The translations under genes were made by a program, and so were the position numbers. Below are positions 1 to 10,743 of a DNA stretch of 64,000 nt, in pieces (the stretch's first letter is position 1; every line of letters starts with the position of its first letter). Location of the stretch: contig CAVVPN010000011.1 in the NCBI GenBank assembly GCA_963750165.1, positions 736,001 to 800,000 of the forward strand, read 5' to 3'. The stretch is from an uncultured Gemmataceae bacterium. Its GTDB lineage: Bacteria; Planctomycetota; Planctomycetia; Gemmatales; Gemmataceae. Under the pieces are notes generated by a model. The model was not told the DNA's origin. It did no database searches and was given only the letters and a program-made list of their open reading frames with translations.

Positions 1-1198
1 ACCAACGCCGGTGGTTGGCAGCCTGGGAGTCCCAGAAGGTCGGCCGCGGCGGCGACCGCCTACTGTCCCTCATCACCGGCCTGAACGTGGAAACCATCCG
101 GCGCGGTCGCCGGGAACTCGAGGACTCCCTGCGGGACTGCCCCCCGGATCGCATCCGCCGGCCCGGGGCAGGACGGCCCGCTGTGAAAAAAAAGTGCCGG
201 GCCTCATGAACGCTTTGAGGCAGCTGGTTGAGGAGCAGACCGCCGGCAGCCCGCAAACCTGTCAGAAGTGGGTGCGCCACAGCGTCGCCTACCTGAGCAC
301 GCGGTTGCAAGGCCAAGGCTTCGCCGTCAGCCCCGCCACGGTCTATCGCCTGTTGGACGACCTGGGCTATTCGCTCAAGGCCAACCGCAAGCGCTTCACC
401 GGCCCGCCTCACCCAGACCGGGACCGGCAGTTCGCGTACATCGCCGGGCAGCGGCGCCGCTTCGCCATCCTCGGCCAGCCGGTGATCAGCGTGGACAGCA
501 AGAAAAAGGAGTTGATCGGCAACTTCAAGAATGCAGGGCGGCAGTGGTGCCGGCGCGCCACGGAGGTCAACGCCCACGACTTCCTGGACGACGCCTTGGG
601 CCGGGCCGTCCCCTACGGGGTCTACGACGTGCGCCAGGACCGCGGCCATGTCTACGTGGGGTTGTCCGCCGACACCGCGGCGTTCGCGGGGGACGTGATC
701 GGCCGGTGGTGGCGCGGCGAGGGACGGCTGTGGTACCCGCAGGCCGACGAGTTGCTGATCCTGTGCGACGCGGGCGGGAGCAACAGTTGCCGCGTGCGGT
801 TGTGGAAACAGCGCCTCCAGGAGGAGTTGGCCGACCGCTGGGGGCTGTGGGTGACGGTGTGCCATTACCCGCGGGGGGCGTCGAAGTGGAACCCGGTGGA
901 GCACCGGCTGTTCAGCCGCATCAGCGTCAACTGGGCGGGGGAGCCGCTGCGAACCGTGGAGACGCTGTTGGCCTGCATCCGGGGCACGGAGACGGACGCC
1001 GGTTGGGCGGTACGTGCGACGTTGCTGGACGCGGAGTACGCGAAGGGGGTCAAGGTGCCGGACGCAGAAATGCAGACGTGGCGCCTCCAAAGGCATGCCG
1101 TCTGCCCCAGTTGGAATTACACCATCAAGCCACGTTGGACAATATTCTAACATCAGCACCCAGGTGTAAGCTGCGGACTAATTTTGAACGGCTGCCTA
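1..1198 (+). mobile_element. ISAzo13-family IS (left end outside window); transposase in two frames ending at 1150
   Basis: PVISVDSKKKELIGNFKNAG, AVPYGVYD, LLILCDAGGSN and HYPRGASKWNPVEHRLFSRIS motifs of ISAzo13/Rhodopirellula DDE transposases. Upstream frame (to 209) joins the -1 frame at A-AAA-AAG (186-194). Right end ~1198 is approximate. Confidence 0.88.
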
Positions 1199-1317
1199 AC
1201 GCAGCGTAATCATTTCCTTGGCAGGATCGACCTCAATGCGGACCTCAGTTCTGGTCACCTCCAAGATGCGTAACGTCACGTTGCCGGGAACACTCACCGC
1301 ACTGCCTTTGCCCACCA

Positions 1318-2705
1318 CTGGACTTTTGCAAAGTTGGTTTCTCGATGCCGTAGCTGTTGAATCTTGTACACTATCCTGGGCAAAATCGCTCGGCGGTGTT
1401 GTGGAGTCTGCCATGGCTGGCATTGTTGAATTCCCCCAGGTGGTTCAGGAAGCGCTGCGCGTCTACGGCGATCTGTTGCCTAACGAACCGCAACGGCGCC
1501 ACTTCGCTGAATACCTCACCGGCTTGTTCGTCGCTGAGCGCAAGACCGTCTGTGGCATCAACCGTGAATTCGCTCAGACCACCGACCAATCCTGCCTCAA
1601 CCGCTTCCTCACCGACGCCACCTGGGACGTGCAACAACTCAACCAACGCCGTCTCGACTCCTTGCAACAGGAACCCTCGACCCGCTATTGTGAGCACGGC
1701 ATCATCCCCATCGACAACACCTTGATCGACCACCACGGTGAGTACATTCAGGATGCCGGCTGGTTCTGGGACCACGCCGAGGAGCGCTACAAGATCGCTC
1801 ACGATTACCTGATCGTGAATTACGTCTGCACTAATGGCAAGCATTACCCCCTGGACTTCCGCCGCTTTCAGAAGGCCGACCTGTGTGATTGCCTGGAGGT
1901 GCCGTTCAAGGATCACACCGTCTTGTGCCAGGAACTCATCGACTGGGTCTGCGCCGAAAGCATCCCGGGCACCTTCGCCTTCGACAGCTACTTCACCAAT
2001 GCCCCGATCCTGAACCACATCCACGGTAAGCAGTTAGCGAACGGCCAACCCCGTGGCTACGTCGGCTCGCTCAAGTTCAACCGCAAGTTAGAATACCAGG
2101 GGCGGTTGGTCAAGGCGGACGCCCTGGCAGCTACCATCGCCCCGGAGGTGCGCAAGCCGTTGCGGGAAGGCGACCGCCGGCAGTGGTACTTCACCTGCAC
2201 GTTGCGCCTGCCGGACGTGCAGCACAAAGTCCGCATCGTGATCATTTGGAACCAGCGGGACGATACCAGCCCACGGATCATCCTGGTGACCAACCGGACG
2301 CAGTGGGAGGTCAGTCGGGTGGTGCGGGGTTACCGGCATCGCTGGACGGGCACCGAGACCTTTCATCGGGATGGCAAGCAACAGTTGGGCATGGGGGACT
2401 GTCAGTTGCGTGACAGCGAGGGCCAGACCCGGCACGTGCACCTCGTCATGCTGGCGTACAGTCTCCTGATGAAACAATTGCGGCAGAGCCATGCGTATGA
2501 ATGGGCCTTCGAGAAGCTGACGACCATCGGCCAAGCCTGTCGAGCGATCGGGCGGGAAACCCTGCGCAAAACACTGACCTGGGCCATGGACCATGCCACG
2601 AAATTCCAGTGGAGTACCGAGCGGATTGTGGCTCATCTGGGCCTCATGTAAGAACGATCATAGGTTTCACAAAAATCAAAGGTTTCCAACTTTGCAAAAG
2701 TCCAG
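1318..2705 (+). mobile_element. IS701-family insertion sequence, complete
   Basis: Perfect 20-bp terminal IRs CTGGACTTTTGCAAAGTTGG (1318-1337) and CCAACTTTGCAAAAGTCCAG (2686-2705), flanked by direct repeat CCACCA (1312-1317, 2706-2711). Confidence 0.93.
1413..2651 (+). CDS. IS701-family DDE transposase
   Basis: RHFAEYLTGL..ERKTV, SCLNRFL, IDNT, FDSYF and RWTGTETFHRDGKQQLG motifs; ATG 1413 after GGAG. Confidence 0.9.
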   Translation: MAGIVEFPQVVQEALRVYGDLLPNEPQRRHFAEYLTGLFVAERKTVCGINREFAQTTDQSCLNRFLTDATWDVQQLNQRRLDSLQQEPSTRYCEHGIIPIDNTLIDHHGEYIQDAGWFWDHAEERYKIAHDYLIVNYVCTNGKHYPLDFRRFQKADLCDCLEVPFKDHTVLCQELIDWVCAESIPGTFAFDSYFTNAPILNHIHGKQLANGQPRGYVGSLKFNRKLEYQGRLVKADALAATIAPEVRKPLREGDRRQWYFTCTLRLPDVQHKVRIVIIWNQRDDTSPRIILVTNRTQWEVSRVVRGYRHRWTGTETFHRDGKQQLGMGDCQLRDSEGQTRHVHLVMLAYSLLMKQLRQSHAYEWAFEKLTTIGQACRAIGRETLRKTLTWAMDHATKFQWSTERIVAHLGLM

Positions 2706-3422
2706 CCACCAGATAGAGTTTGCCATCGAGTTCCAGCAGGACGACCGGCGTCTGATCGGGGGCCAGAACCCGCCCCTTGAGCGCCATCTTGGGCAGCTGC
2801 GCTTGCTTGATCTTGATTTGTTGATCCTGTTTTTTTTTCGCCTGCTCCAGCAGGGTCTGGATTTGTTTTTCCTTGTCCTGGGCCTCTTTCAGTTTCACCT
2901 GCAGACGCACCAACTCTTCCTTGGTCGCCTTTTCCCGTAATTCCCGAGCTTGTTTTTCCTTGTCCTGCTCTTCTTTGAGTTTCGCCTGCAGACGCGCCAA
3001 CTCTTTTTTGTTCGCCTGGTCCAGTAGTTCCCGAGTTTGTTTTTCCTTGTCCTGAGCCTCTTTCAGTTTCGTCTCCAGACGCGACAGTTCTTCTTTTTTC
3101 GCCTGGTTCAGTGCGATCCTGGCTTGTTTTTCCTTGTCCACGTCTTCCTTCAGTTTGGCCTTGAGGCGCGTCAACTCAGTTTTCAAACCGCGCACCTCGC
3201 TGGTCAACTGATCCACCAGTTTCTCTTTTTCCAGCATCTCCTTGAGGCGCAACCCGGGCTGCGTTGGGTTGCGCAACGGCTCCTCTTTGCCCTTGTCCTT
3301 GGGGGGTTGGTCCGCCGGCTTTTGGCCCGCCGGGGCCTGCGCCCCAACCAATCCCACACTGACCAGGAAGAACGCGACCAGGCCCACTCGCATTGCAAAC
3401 ATGGTTGCTACTCCAGGGTGTC

Positions 3423-4658
3423 TTAACGCGGCCTGGCATCCGCCCCGGCGGCCGCGAACATGGCCATGAAAAAGGAAATGTACACAAACCCAACAATCCC
3501 ACCCACCACCAGGACGATCACCGGTTCAATAATCACACTGAGCCGGCGGATCGCGTTTTGCAATTGACTCTCATGGAATTTGGCGACTTCATCAAGCACC
3601 TCATCCAGGCTGCCGGCCGACTCGCCGACCGCCACCATGCGCGTCAACAGCGGCATGAATGCGCCCGGCGTCGCCAACGGCAGGGCAAGACTGCCGCCTG
3701 CCAGTACCGTTTGCCGGGCGGCGGCGACGCGACTGCCAAGGTAACGGTTGCCATACGTCGCTTCCACGGTGCGCAGCGCCTCAACCAGGGTGATGCCGCT
3801 GCGCAACAAGACGCCCAATCCGTGCCCAAACTGAGCCGTGGCGGACAACCGCAGCAGGTTCCCAAAAACCGGCAGTCGCAGCAGCACGCGATCCATCACG
3901 AAACGACTGGGAGACCAGAGGTATAACGTTATTAGTAACCCTGTCAAGGCGGCTATGCCCACGGCCACGGGCAGTGCATACGCCTGCACCGCATTGGAAA
4001 TGTCCAGCAGCAGCTGGGTCATTGGCGGTAACTTGCGACCCAGGGCGGACAGGAAAACCTGGAGTTTCGGAATCACGCTGACCGTCATGAAGATCGACAC
4101 ACCAATGGCGGCGATCAGCACAATGGTCGGGTAGGCGAGCGCGGTAATGAGGTGCGTCTTCAACAGCCGCCGACGTTCCAGGGCATCGGCTGCTCGACTG
4201 ACCACCTGTTCCAGTGTGCCCGTCTGTTCACCAACGCGGACCAGCTCCACGACCAGGTGCGGGAAACAGCGGTGCTCGCGCATGGCATCCGCGAGGCTGG
4301 AGCCTTGCTGAATCTTCTCGGCCACCGCTTCCCAGACCAGGCGCATGACGCTGCGGCGCGCGTACTCCGCGGCCGTTTTTAACGTCATGAGCAAGGTTAG
4401 CCCGCTGCGCAGCATGACCGCCATTTGTTGCAAACTGAGTTCAACGTCGAGCGACGACGGCGGCAACCACGTCAAGGGGTTGAGACGCGGGAGCAGGTCG
4501 CCCAGTCCCGGTGAGGCGGCCCCAGCGGGCCGGACGTCCAGGACGAGCCAGCCGCGCTGGCGCAGCGTATTCACCAGCGCCGCCGCGGAGGGCGACTCCT
4601 CGGTGCCGCGCTGCGGTTGGCCGGCGCTGGTTCGAGCGGTGAAAACGAAGATCGGCAT
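3423..4658 (-). CDS. pilC: Type II secretion F / PilC platform protein
   Basis: Two GspF repeats (VGEQTGTL, VGESAGSLDE), ALAYP and IIEP motifs, three TM segments. Confidence 0.95.
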   Translation of the reverse strand: MPIFVFTARTSAGQPQRGTEESPSAAALVNTLRQRGWLVLDVRPAGAASPGLGDLLPRLNPLTWLPPSSLDVELSLQQMAVMLRSGLTLLMTLKTAAEYARRSVMRLVWEAVAEKIQQGSSLADAMREHRCFPHLVVELVRVGEQTGTLEQVVSRAADALERRRLLKTHLITALAYPTIVLIAAIGVSIFMTVSVIPKLQVFLSALGRKLPPMTQLLLDISNAVQAYALPVAVGIAALTGLLITLYLWSPSRFVMDRVLLRLPVFGNLLRLSATAQFGHGLGVLLRSGITLVEALRTVEATYGNRYLGSRVAAARQTVLAGGSLALPLATPGAFMPLLTRMVAVGESAGSLDEVLDEVAKFHESQLQNAIRRLSVIIEPVIVLVVGGIVGFVYISFFMAMFAAAGADARPR

Positions 4659-4682
4659 AGACCTTCACCGATAAAGTCAAGC

Positions 4683-6545
4683 TCACCACACACTCACGAC
4701 ACCGAGCACGTCGCGCACCGTGGTCGTGCCGTTCAGCACCTTGGCAAGCCCATCGTCCAGCAGGGTCGCGATGCGCCGTTCCCGCATCAGCCCCAGCAAC
4801 TCCGTTTCCTCAATTCCCCGGGCGACGGCGCGCGACCAGTCTTCATCCAGGGGCAGCAGCTCAAACAAGCCAATCCGGCCCAGATAGCCCTTCCCATTGC
4901 AGTACAGACATCCTGCCGCGTCGTATACCATTTTCCTCTCCGCGTCCGGATGATTCAGCGCCAGCGCCTCCCGGGCTGTTAATTCGCGCGGTTTCCGACA
5001 GCGCGGACAGAGTTGCCGCACGAGCCGCTGCGCCACCGCCAGGCGCAAGGTGGCCGCGATTAAAAAGCGATCCACGCCCATGTCGGCCAGGCGGGTAATG
5101 ACACTCACCGCGGAATTGGTGTGCAGCGTGCTGAACACCAGGTGGCCCGTCAGCGACGCCTTGATGGCCACATCGGCCGTTTCGGCATCACGGATTTCGC
5201 CGATCATCACCACGTCCGGGTCGTGTCGCAAGACACTGCACAGCGCCTTCAGGAACGTTACCTTGTCCGCCGAGTCGATCTCCGCCTGGGCCACTCCTTT
5301 CATCTTGTATTCAATGGGATCCTCCACTGTGAGGATGTTCAAATTCTCCAGAGTCATCAGGTGGCGAATGGCGGCGTAGAGTGTAGTGGATTTGCCGCTG
5401 CCGGTCGGGCCGGTTAACAGCACCATACCGTGCGGCTTTTCAATTGCTTGCCCGAAACAGGCCAGGTCCTGTTCGCTCATGCCGAGCCGTTCCAGCGTCA
5501 AGGACTCCGTTTGCAGCGCCAGCAAGCGCAGGGTCATGCGTTCGCCGTGTTTGGTCGGCAGGGTGGCCACACGAATGTCGATGGCCTGACCGGCTCGGCC
5601 GAAGCGATGCTGGAAAGCGCCATCCTGCGGCGCTCGCTTCTCGGCAATGTCCATGCCGCACAGCACCTTGAACCGGCTGATCAGGCCGGCGTGGGCGGCC
5701 GCGGGTAACTGACGGTACAGCTCCAGCACGCCGTCGGTGCGAAAGCGGACCTGAACACTGTCCCCCTGCGGGTCGATGTGGAGATCGGACGACTGCCGCA
5801 GAATGGCGGCGTGCAGCAATTCATCGCACAGCGTCACCGCGTCATCGGGGTGCAATTCGGCCGCGGATCGCAGGTCCACGGAACCTGGACGCCACAGCGG
5901 CGTGTTGGCCGTGGCCGCGTTGGGGTCGCCGTACACCCGATCCAGGGCGCGCTGCAGCGAGTGCGGGTCGGTCGGCTCGGGACGCACGGGCAGCCGGACC
6001 ATTTTTTCCACGGCCTGGAACGCGGTGCTGTCCAGCACGTTGACACAGGCGACGTGGACGTGCCCGGCCGCACAGGCGAAGGGAATCACCTGGCGACGAA
6101 AGGCGAGGTTGGCGGGGATGCGCAGCGCCCAGGCCGGATCGATCTTGATCCGGTCCATGTTGAGCACGCCGATGCACTCCGCGCCCGCCGGCAGATCCTG
6201 GTATTCGACGCCGAAGTAAAACAGCGCTTCCTCCAACCGTGTCCAGATCACCCGCCCCTTGCGCTGCACCGGCCCGGTGTCAGTCTGGATCGACAGGTCG
6301 AGGACCACGCCCGCCTGAAGCACCGGATGGTCCTCATTTACTGGGATGATGAAGCCGCCGCCGCGCGGCGACACGTTGTTCAGCATCGCGACGTATTGCT
6401 TGCCGGACAGGCAAAAAGTGCCCGGCAGTTCGCGGGCCAAAACGATGCGCCGGTCGGCGCGCTGGTCCTTCTTCGGGCGCAGCGCGGGAAAAACGCCGCT
6501 GTCCCGACTCGACCTGGCCGAATGCAACGTAGGGGCACTGCTCAT
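4683..6545 (-). CDS. pilB: GspE/PilB assembly ATPase with N-terminal PilZ-like domain
   Basis: Walker A GPTGSGKS, TVEDPIE, LRHDPDVVMIGEIRD, STLHTN and tetracysteine CPRC/CLYC. ATG 6545 overlaps the pilT stop (ATGA). N-terminus has RADRR...NVSPRG. Confidence 0.92.
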   Translation of the reverse strand: MSSAPTLHSARSSRDSGVFPALRPKKDQRADRRIVLARELPGTFCLSGKQYVAMLNNVSPRGGGFIIPVNEDHPVLQAGVVLDLSIQTDTGPVQRKGRVIWTRLEEALFYFGVEYQDLPAGAECIGVLNMDRIKIDPAWALRIPANLAFRRQVIPFACAAGHVHVACVNVLDSTAFQAVEKMVRLPVRPEPTDPHSLQRALDRVYGDPNAATANTPLWRPGSVDLRSAAELHPDDAVTLCDELLHAAILRQSSDLHIDPQGDSVQVRFRTDGVLELYRQLPAAAHAGLISRFKVLCGMDIAEKRAPQDGAFQHRFGRAGQAIDIRVATLPTKHGERMTLRLLALQTESLTLERLGMSEQDLACFGQAIEKPHGMVLLTGPTGSGKSTTLYAAIRHLMTLENLNILTVEDPIEYKMKGVAQAEIDSADKVTFLKALCSVLRHDPDVVMIGEIRDAETADVAIKASLTGHLVFSTLHTNSAVSVITRLADMGVDRFLIAATLRLAVAQRLVRQLCPRCRKPRELTAREALALNHPDAERKMVYDAAGCLYCNGKGYLGRIGLFELLPLDEDWSRAVARGIEETELLGLMRERRIATLLDDGLAKVLNGTTTVRDVLGVVSVW

Positions 6546-7789
6546 CGAGAACCTCCCACTGGCCGGGGACTGGGTTTCCGCAACAGGGCCGCCCGGTCGC
6601 GCACCACCTGTGGGCTGCGGGCCAGCACGGTGGCCGTCGCTTCCGTGATCCAGCCGCCGACCCACAGCCGCGCCAAATCCTGCTCCAGCGTTTGCATGCC
6701 CAGGGCGGCGCCCGTTTCCATGCTGGAGTAAATCTGCGAACCTTTCGCGGTGGCAATCAAATTGGCGACCGCCGGGTTGACCATCAACACCTCGCTGGCC
6801 ACGACGCGCCGGCGGCGCACGGCGCCGTCCTCCGGAGGCGGCTGCGTCGCCGATTTGGTCACGCCCGCCGGGCCGTCCGCAACCAGCAGATGCTGCGCGA
6901 TGATGGCGCGCAGCACCATCGCCAGCTGGCGGCGCACGCCCGTTTGCTCGTCGGCGGGGAAGACCGAGACCAGCCGTTCCACCGCGCCGACGCAGTCACC
7001 GGCGTGAACCGTCGTCAGCACGAGGTGCCCGGTTTCCGCGGCGGTGATGGCCGTGCGGATCGTGTTGAGGTCGCGAATTTCGCCCACCAGAATCACGTCG
7101 GGATCCTGACGCAGTGACGCCACCAGGGCGTCGTTGAAACTGCTGGTATCGACGCCCACCTGCCGCTGATTCACCAGGCTGCGAATCGAGGCGTGGAGGT
7201 ATTCTACCGGATCCTCAATGGTAACAATGTGACAGCGGCGCTTCAGATTAATTTGGTGGAGCAGCGAGGCCAGCGTGGTGCTCTTGCCGGCGCCGGTGGG
7301 ACCGCACACGACCACCAGTCCGTCGGGCAGGTCGCAGAGTTGATACAGTGACGTCGGCAAGCCAAGATCGGCGAGGGAGCGAAACTGATCTTCGAGACGC
7401 CGCAGCGCGATGGCGAGCGCGTTTTGTCGTTTGAAGACGTTGAAGCGAAACCGCGTCCCGTCCACCGCGCTGAGGGCACCGTCGAGCGAGCCGGTGCGCT
7501 CCAGGGGCGTGGCGTCGAGACCACGCGACAGTTCTTCCGCCAGGGCGGCGAGGTGTTCCCGCGAAAGAGCCTTGTGGTCGGAGCGCGGCTCCAGGATGCC
7601 GTGAATGCGAAAATAGGGCGGCAACCCCGGCGACAAATGCAGGTCCGAGGCGTCCAGCTGCACGCACTCGGCGAGCAGGGCGTCGAGCTGCTCGGCGCAG
7701 GCGGGCGGTTCCGGTGTTGGCGTCGGGGTGGTCAAGGGTGCTGCGCTCCGGGGCGGCGGTTTAGATCCATACGAGCAAGAGCCATTCAT
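6542..7789 (-). CDS. pilT: PilT/PilU-family retraction ATPase
   Basis: ASDLHL, GPTGAGKSTTLA, LRQDPDVILVGEIRD, AAETGHLV and GMQTLEQDL motifs. Confidence 0.92.
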   Translation of the reverse strand: MNGSCSYGSKPPPRSAAPLTTPTPTPEPPACAEQLDALLAECVQLDASDLHLSPGLPPYFRIHGILEPRSDHKALSREHLAALAEELSRGLDATPLERTGSLDGALSAVDGTRFRFNVFKRQNALAIALRRLEDQFRSLADLGLPTSLYQLCDLPDGLVVVCGPTGAGKSTTLASLLHQINLKRRCHIVTIEDPVEYLHASIRSLVNQRQVGVDTSSFNDALVASLRQDPDVILVGEIRDLNTIRTAITAAETGHLVLTTVHAGDCVGAVERLVSVFPADEQTGVRRQLAMVLRAIIAQHLLVADGPAGVTKSATQPPPEDGAVRRRRVVASEVLMVNPAVANLIATAKGSQIYSSMETGAALGMQTLEQDLARLWVGGWITEATATVLARSPQVVRDRAALLRKPSPRPVGGSR

Positions 7790-8375
7790 GGGCGAGGCTA
7801 TTCTTGCGCGTTTCTTTCATGATCAGGGCGACCGGAATGGCCACGACCTCGCCGTTGGCCAGCTCGTCCAGGGCACGGAGCATCTCGGGAAACTGGGCGT
7901 ACAAGCGCAACCGCCACAACTGGGGTTGCTGGCCGTGGGCGCTCTCGGCCATCTGCCGGGCCAGTTTGTCCATGACCGCGGACGGCTTCAACGCGCGGGC
8001 GGCCCCGGGCGAGTTGCTCGGCCCCTCTTCGATGATGTCCAGGCCGTGCCGGGTGAGCAGTTGGGTCAGCTTCACGCGGCGGCGGTTGCGCAGCCGGGCG
8101 TCGCTGCACTGCGCGCCCAGGGTTTCCCAGCGCTGCTGTTCCTTTTTGAGGTTCGTTTCCAGTCGCAGCGTTTCCGCTTGCACCTTCGCCAACCGATACC
8201 GGATGTCGTTCTGCTGCTTCGGGGTCGGGGTGGCCTTGATGGTGTTCTCCAAACTTCGCTCCAGCGTCACTACCTCTTTCTGCTTCGCCGCGTTGATCCA
8301 GTAGCCATAGGGGATCAACACCAGCACTGCTGGCAGTAAGGCCATCAACGTCTTTTCACGGTTGCTCAGGCTCAT
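7761..8375 (-). CDS. PilO/GspM-like alignment protein
   Basis: LSNREK followed by one N-terminal TM and a coiled coil; position in pilus operon. Confidence 0.6.
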   Translation of the reverse strand: MSLSNREKTLMALLPAVLVLIPYGYWINAAKQKEVVTLERSLENTIKATPTPKQQNDIRYRLAKVQAETLRLETNLKKEQQRWETLGAQCSDARLRNRRRVKLTQLLTRHGLDIIEEGPSNSPGAARALKPSAVMDKLARQMAESAHGQQPQLWRLRLYAQFPEMLRALDELANGEVVAIPVALIMKETRKNSLAHEWLLLVWI

Positions 8376-8378
8376 GCA

Positions 8379-9774
8379 TTATTTCCGGGGAGCGGGTTGT
8401 TTGGTTTTTCCGAGGGAGGCTGGCGGCTCCGGCGGTAGCCGTTCTTCCAGGTGCAGTTCAAAAGCCCACAGCGCGCCATTTTCCCGGACAAACTGGACTT
8501 GCTTGCTGGCCATTTTCACGTGCCAGCTGTGAATCTCCAGGGCGTCGTCTAACTTGTGAGCGAACTGGTCGGCCAGCTCCGGGTGCAGGCACAGGGCGAA
8601 GATGTGATGCTCGCCGGCGGTGTTATCAATTTTCAACACAGTAACATCGTCGGGACAGTGCTGTGCCAAAAATCTCAATAAATCGGGCAACCGCTTCCGT
8701 TGGCGGATGAGGGCCTCGTTGTTCTGGCGGAGTCGGGCTTCCTGTTTCAGCAGGGCGTCCCGTTTTTTTTCCAGTTCCTTGATCTTCAATTCCGCGGCCT
8801 TGAGGTCTTTATCGGGCTTCTGGGCGGTTTGCAATTCCGCCTGGGCGCGGGCCGCGCGGGGCACCATGAGCAGAAAGTGATGCGCGGCACAGGCGGCGGC
8901 GACGAGGACAGCCACCGCGGTACTGAGCAGACCGCGCGTGGCGGCCGGCCAGGGACGAGGGAGCGGTTGAATCAACGGCACGGCGGTGCCGCGGTTGAGC
9001 AACTGGTCCGCCCAGGCCGTCAACCAGCGCTCCAGGACGGCCGGGTCTTCGAGAAACCACGGCGCCGGGGAGGGCGGCAGGGGCAGTTTTTCGGCGGCCA
9101 GGAGTTCGCGATGCTCCGGCGCGCCCGTCTCCGCACGCAATTTCTCCACGGCCGGTTGCCAGCGGCCTTGCTGCGGATCGATGGCGAGCAGTTGCAGGTC
9201 GCGCAGGCCGCGGCCGTCGCCTTGCAGGTAGAAGACGCTGTCCGGCCACAATTCGACGCGCTCCCAGGTGGCCTCGGGACGCGCGACCGCCTGGAGAGGT
9301 TGGGGCAATCCGCCCGGATGTCCTAACCCTTGTAGAGAGCCGCCGGCCGCGCGCACCACGTTGGCCACGCGGTCGCGGTCGGCGGCTTTCAGTTGCAGGA
9401 CCCAGTACGTGTTTTCGCCGCCAACCGACTTCAGCAGCTGATGGCTCAGCACCGACTCCAGGGCACTTTGGCCCGAGAGCGGTTCGGCCTCGAAGTTCAG
9501 CGCCGGCCAGCTCCTCCGCGGACAGGCCGCGCGTGCGGCCTTCGGGTAAGGGCAACATCTGCGACCAAAAATCGGTGCTCAGCACCCAGACCCGGCGGCC
9601 AACCCGAGGCCCGAGGACCAGCGCGGCCTCCGTCAGCACGGTCGGGTCCTCCAGTTCGGGACGCGGTTGCTGCCAGTAGTCGGCGAGGACCGGCTGGCGA
9701 CCGCCGTGGAAGTCGGCGCGCACGAGCCCCTGGCGAGTGATGAGGACAATCGTGGCGCTGGCGCGTCCGGCCAT
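8379..9774 (-). CDS. PilM/PilN (GspL)-like protein with a frameshift near 9505
   Basis: Frame starting MAGRASAT (9774) continues in the 8379-9452 frame (...LNFEAEPLSGQ...); single TM followed by coiled coil and PilN-like tail. Confidence 0.6.
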
Positions 9775-9794
9775 GAGTGAAGTCCCTGGCGTCG

Positions 9795-10721
9795 TTACTG
9801 CATGACGAGGTTTTTCGTTTGGCCGCCCGGCAGGACCGTGAGCCGCGTCGCTGGGCTGGTCTTCGTCCACGTCGGCGCGGTCCCCAGGTACGCGCGGATC
9901 ACCCGCGGCCCGATGGTGGTGGTGAACGTGAAGGTGGCCGTCGGGCTCGGGGTCACGGTCAGCGTCGTTTCCCGGATGGCGCCCGTGGCCGGATTGGGAT
10001 CGAAGAACTTGACCGTGACCGTCCCGGTTGGGTTGATCTGGTTGCCGAAACTGTCCAGCACGTAGACCGTGCCGCTGACGGTGGCATCAACGCGGTCCAC
10101 GGCCGCCCCGAATTGCGTGCCGACAAAAACGAGATCGGTATCCGCGGCGTAGCCAACGCCACCCAGGGTATTATCGGCTCCCAGAGAGCGGACCCACTGG
10201 ATGGGAAGCCCGGGAGTGACCGCCGTGACGCCATCCGATTGTAACAGGCTGAAGGGATTGCCCCAACCGTCCCGGAGCAAGGTGGTGCCCAACGGTAACT
10301 GGAGGTACGGACCACGCCAGCCACACCCCAACACGACCTGCGGATCGGACGGTGCGGTTTGCAGGGAGAAGGGCGTTAACGCGTTGGGATTCGCCCACAT
10401 TTCCTGGAGTTGCGTCTGCGGGTCGGTGCCGACCGCCAGCGGCAGCCGGCCAACGTCCGCGACGAAACCCGTGATCAGGGGGGTGCCATCCGGTTCACGC
10501 TGGCCAACAGGCCCGACGGTAGAGTCCTGAAGGTTTTGCAGCGTGCGCTGGGTCACGTCATAACGACCCTGATCCACGATGTTGGAAGTTGCCTGAATCG
10601 CCACCGTGGTCAGGATCGCCAGGATCACCAGCACGATCAGCAACTCCACCAACGTTAGACCGCGCCGACGCGGGACCCCTGCCAGCGCGGCGGGCTCGGG
10701 GGCTATCCTGCTTATCATCAT
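9795..10721 (-). CDS. Prepilin-type minor pilin/pseudopilin
   Basis: Class III signal RRRG|LTLVELLIVLVILAIL; GspG-like WRGPYL and DGWGNP motifs. Confidence 0.88.
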   Translation of the reverse strand: MMISRIAPEPAALAGVPRRRGLTLVELLIVLVILAILTTVAIQATSNIVDQGRYDVTQRTLQNLQDSTVGPVGQREPDGTPLITGFVADVGRLPLAVGTDPQTQLQEMWANPNALTPFSLQTAPSDPQVVLGCGWRGPYLQLPLGTTLLRDGWGNPFSLLQSDGVTAVTPGLPIQWVRSLGADNTLGGVGYAADTDLVFVGTQFGAAVDRVDATVSGTVYVLDSFGNQINPTGTVTVKFFDPNPATGAIRETTLTVTPSPTATFTFTTTIGPRVIRAYLGTAPTWTKTSPATRLTVLPGGQTKNLVMQ

Positions 10722-10743
10722 GGAAGCGTCTCTTGTTCAGGAA

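Larger units (their letters stand above)
1196..3402 (-). pseudogene. Secreted coiled-coil protein with PilP/GspC-like C-terminal beta domain, interrupted by IS701
   Basis: Signal peptide and four ~29-aa KLKEAQDKEKQ repeats. Removing the IS and one CCACCA copy restores ...ELDGKLYLVGKGSAVSVPGNVTLRILEV...ITLR-stop at 1196. The PilP-like label is inference from operon position. Confidence 0.85.
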
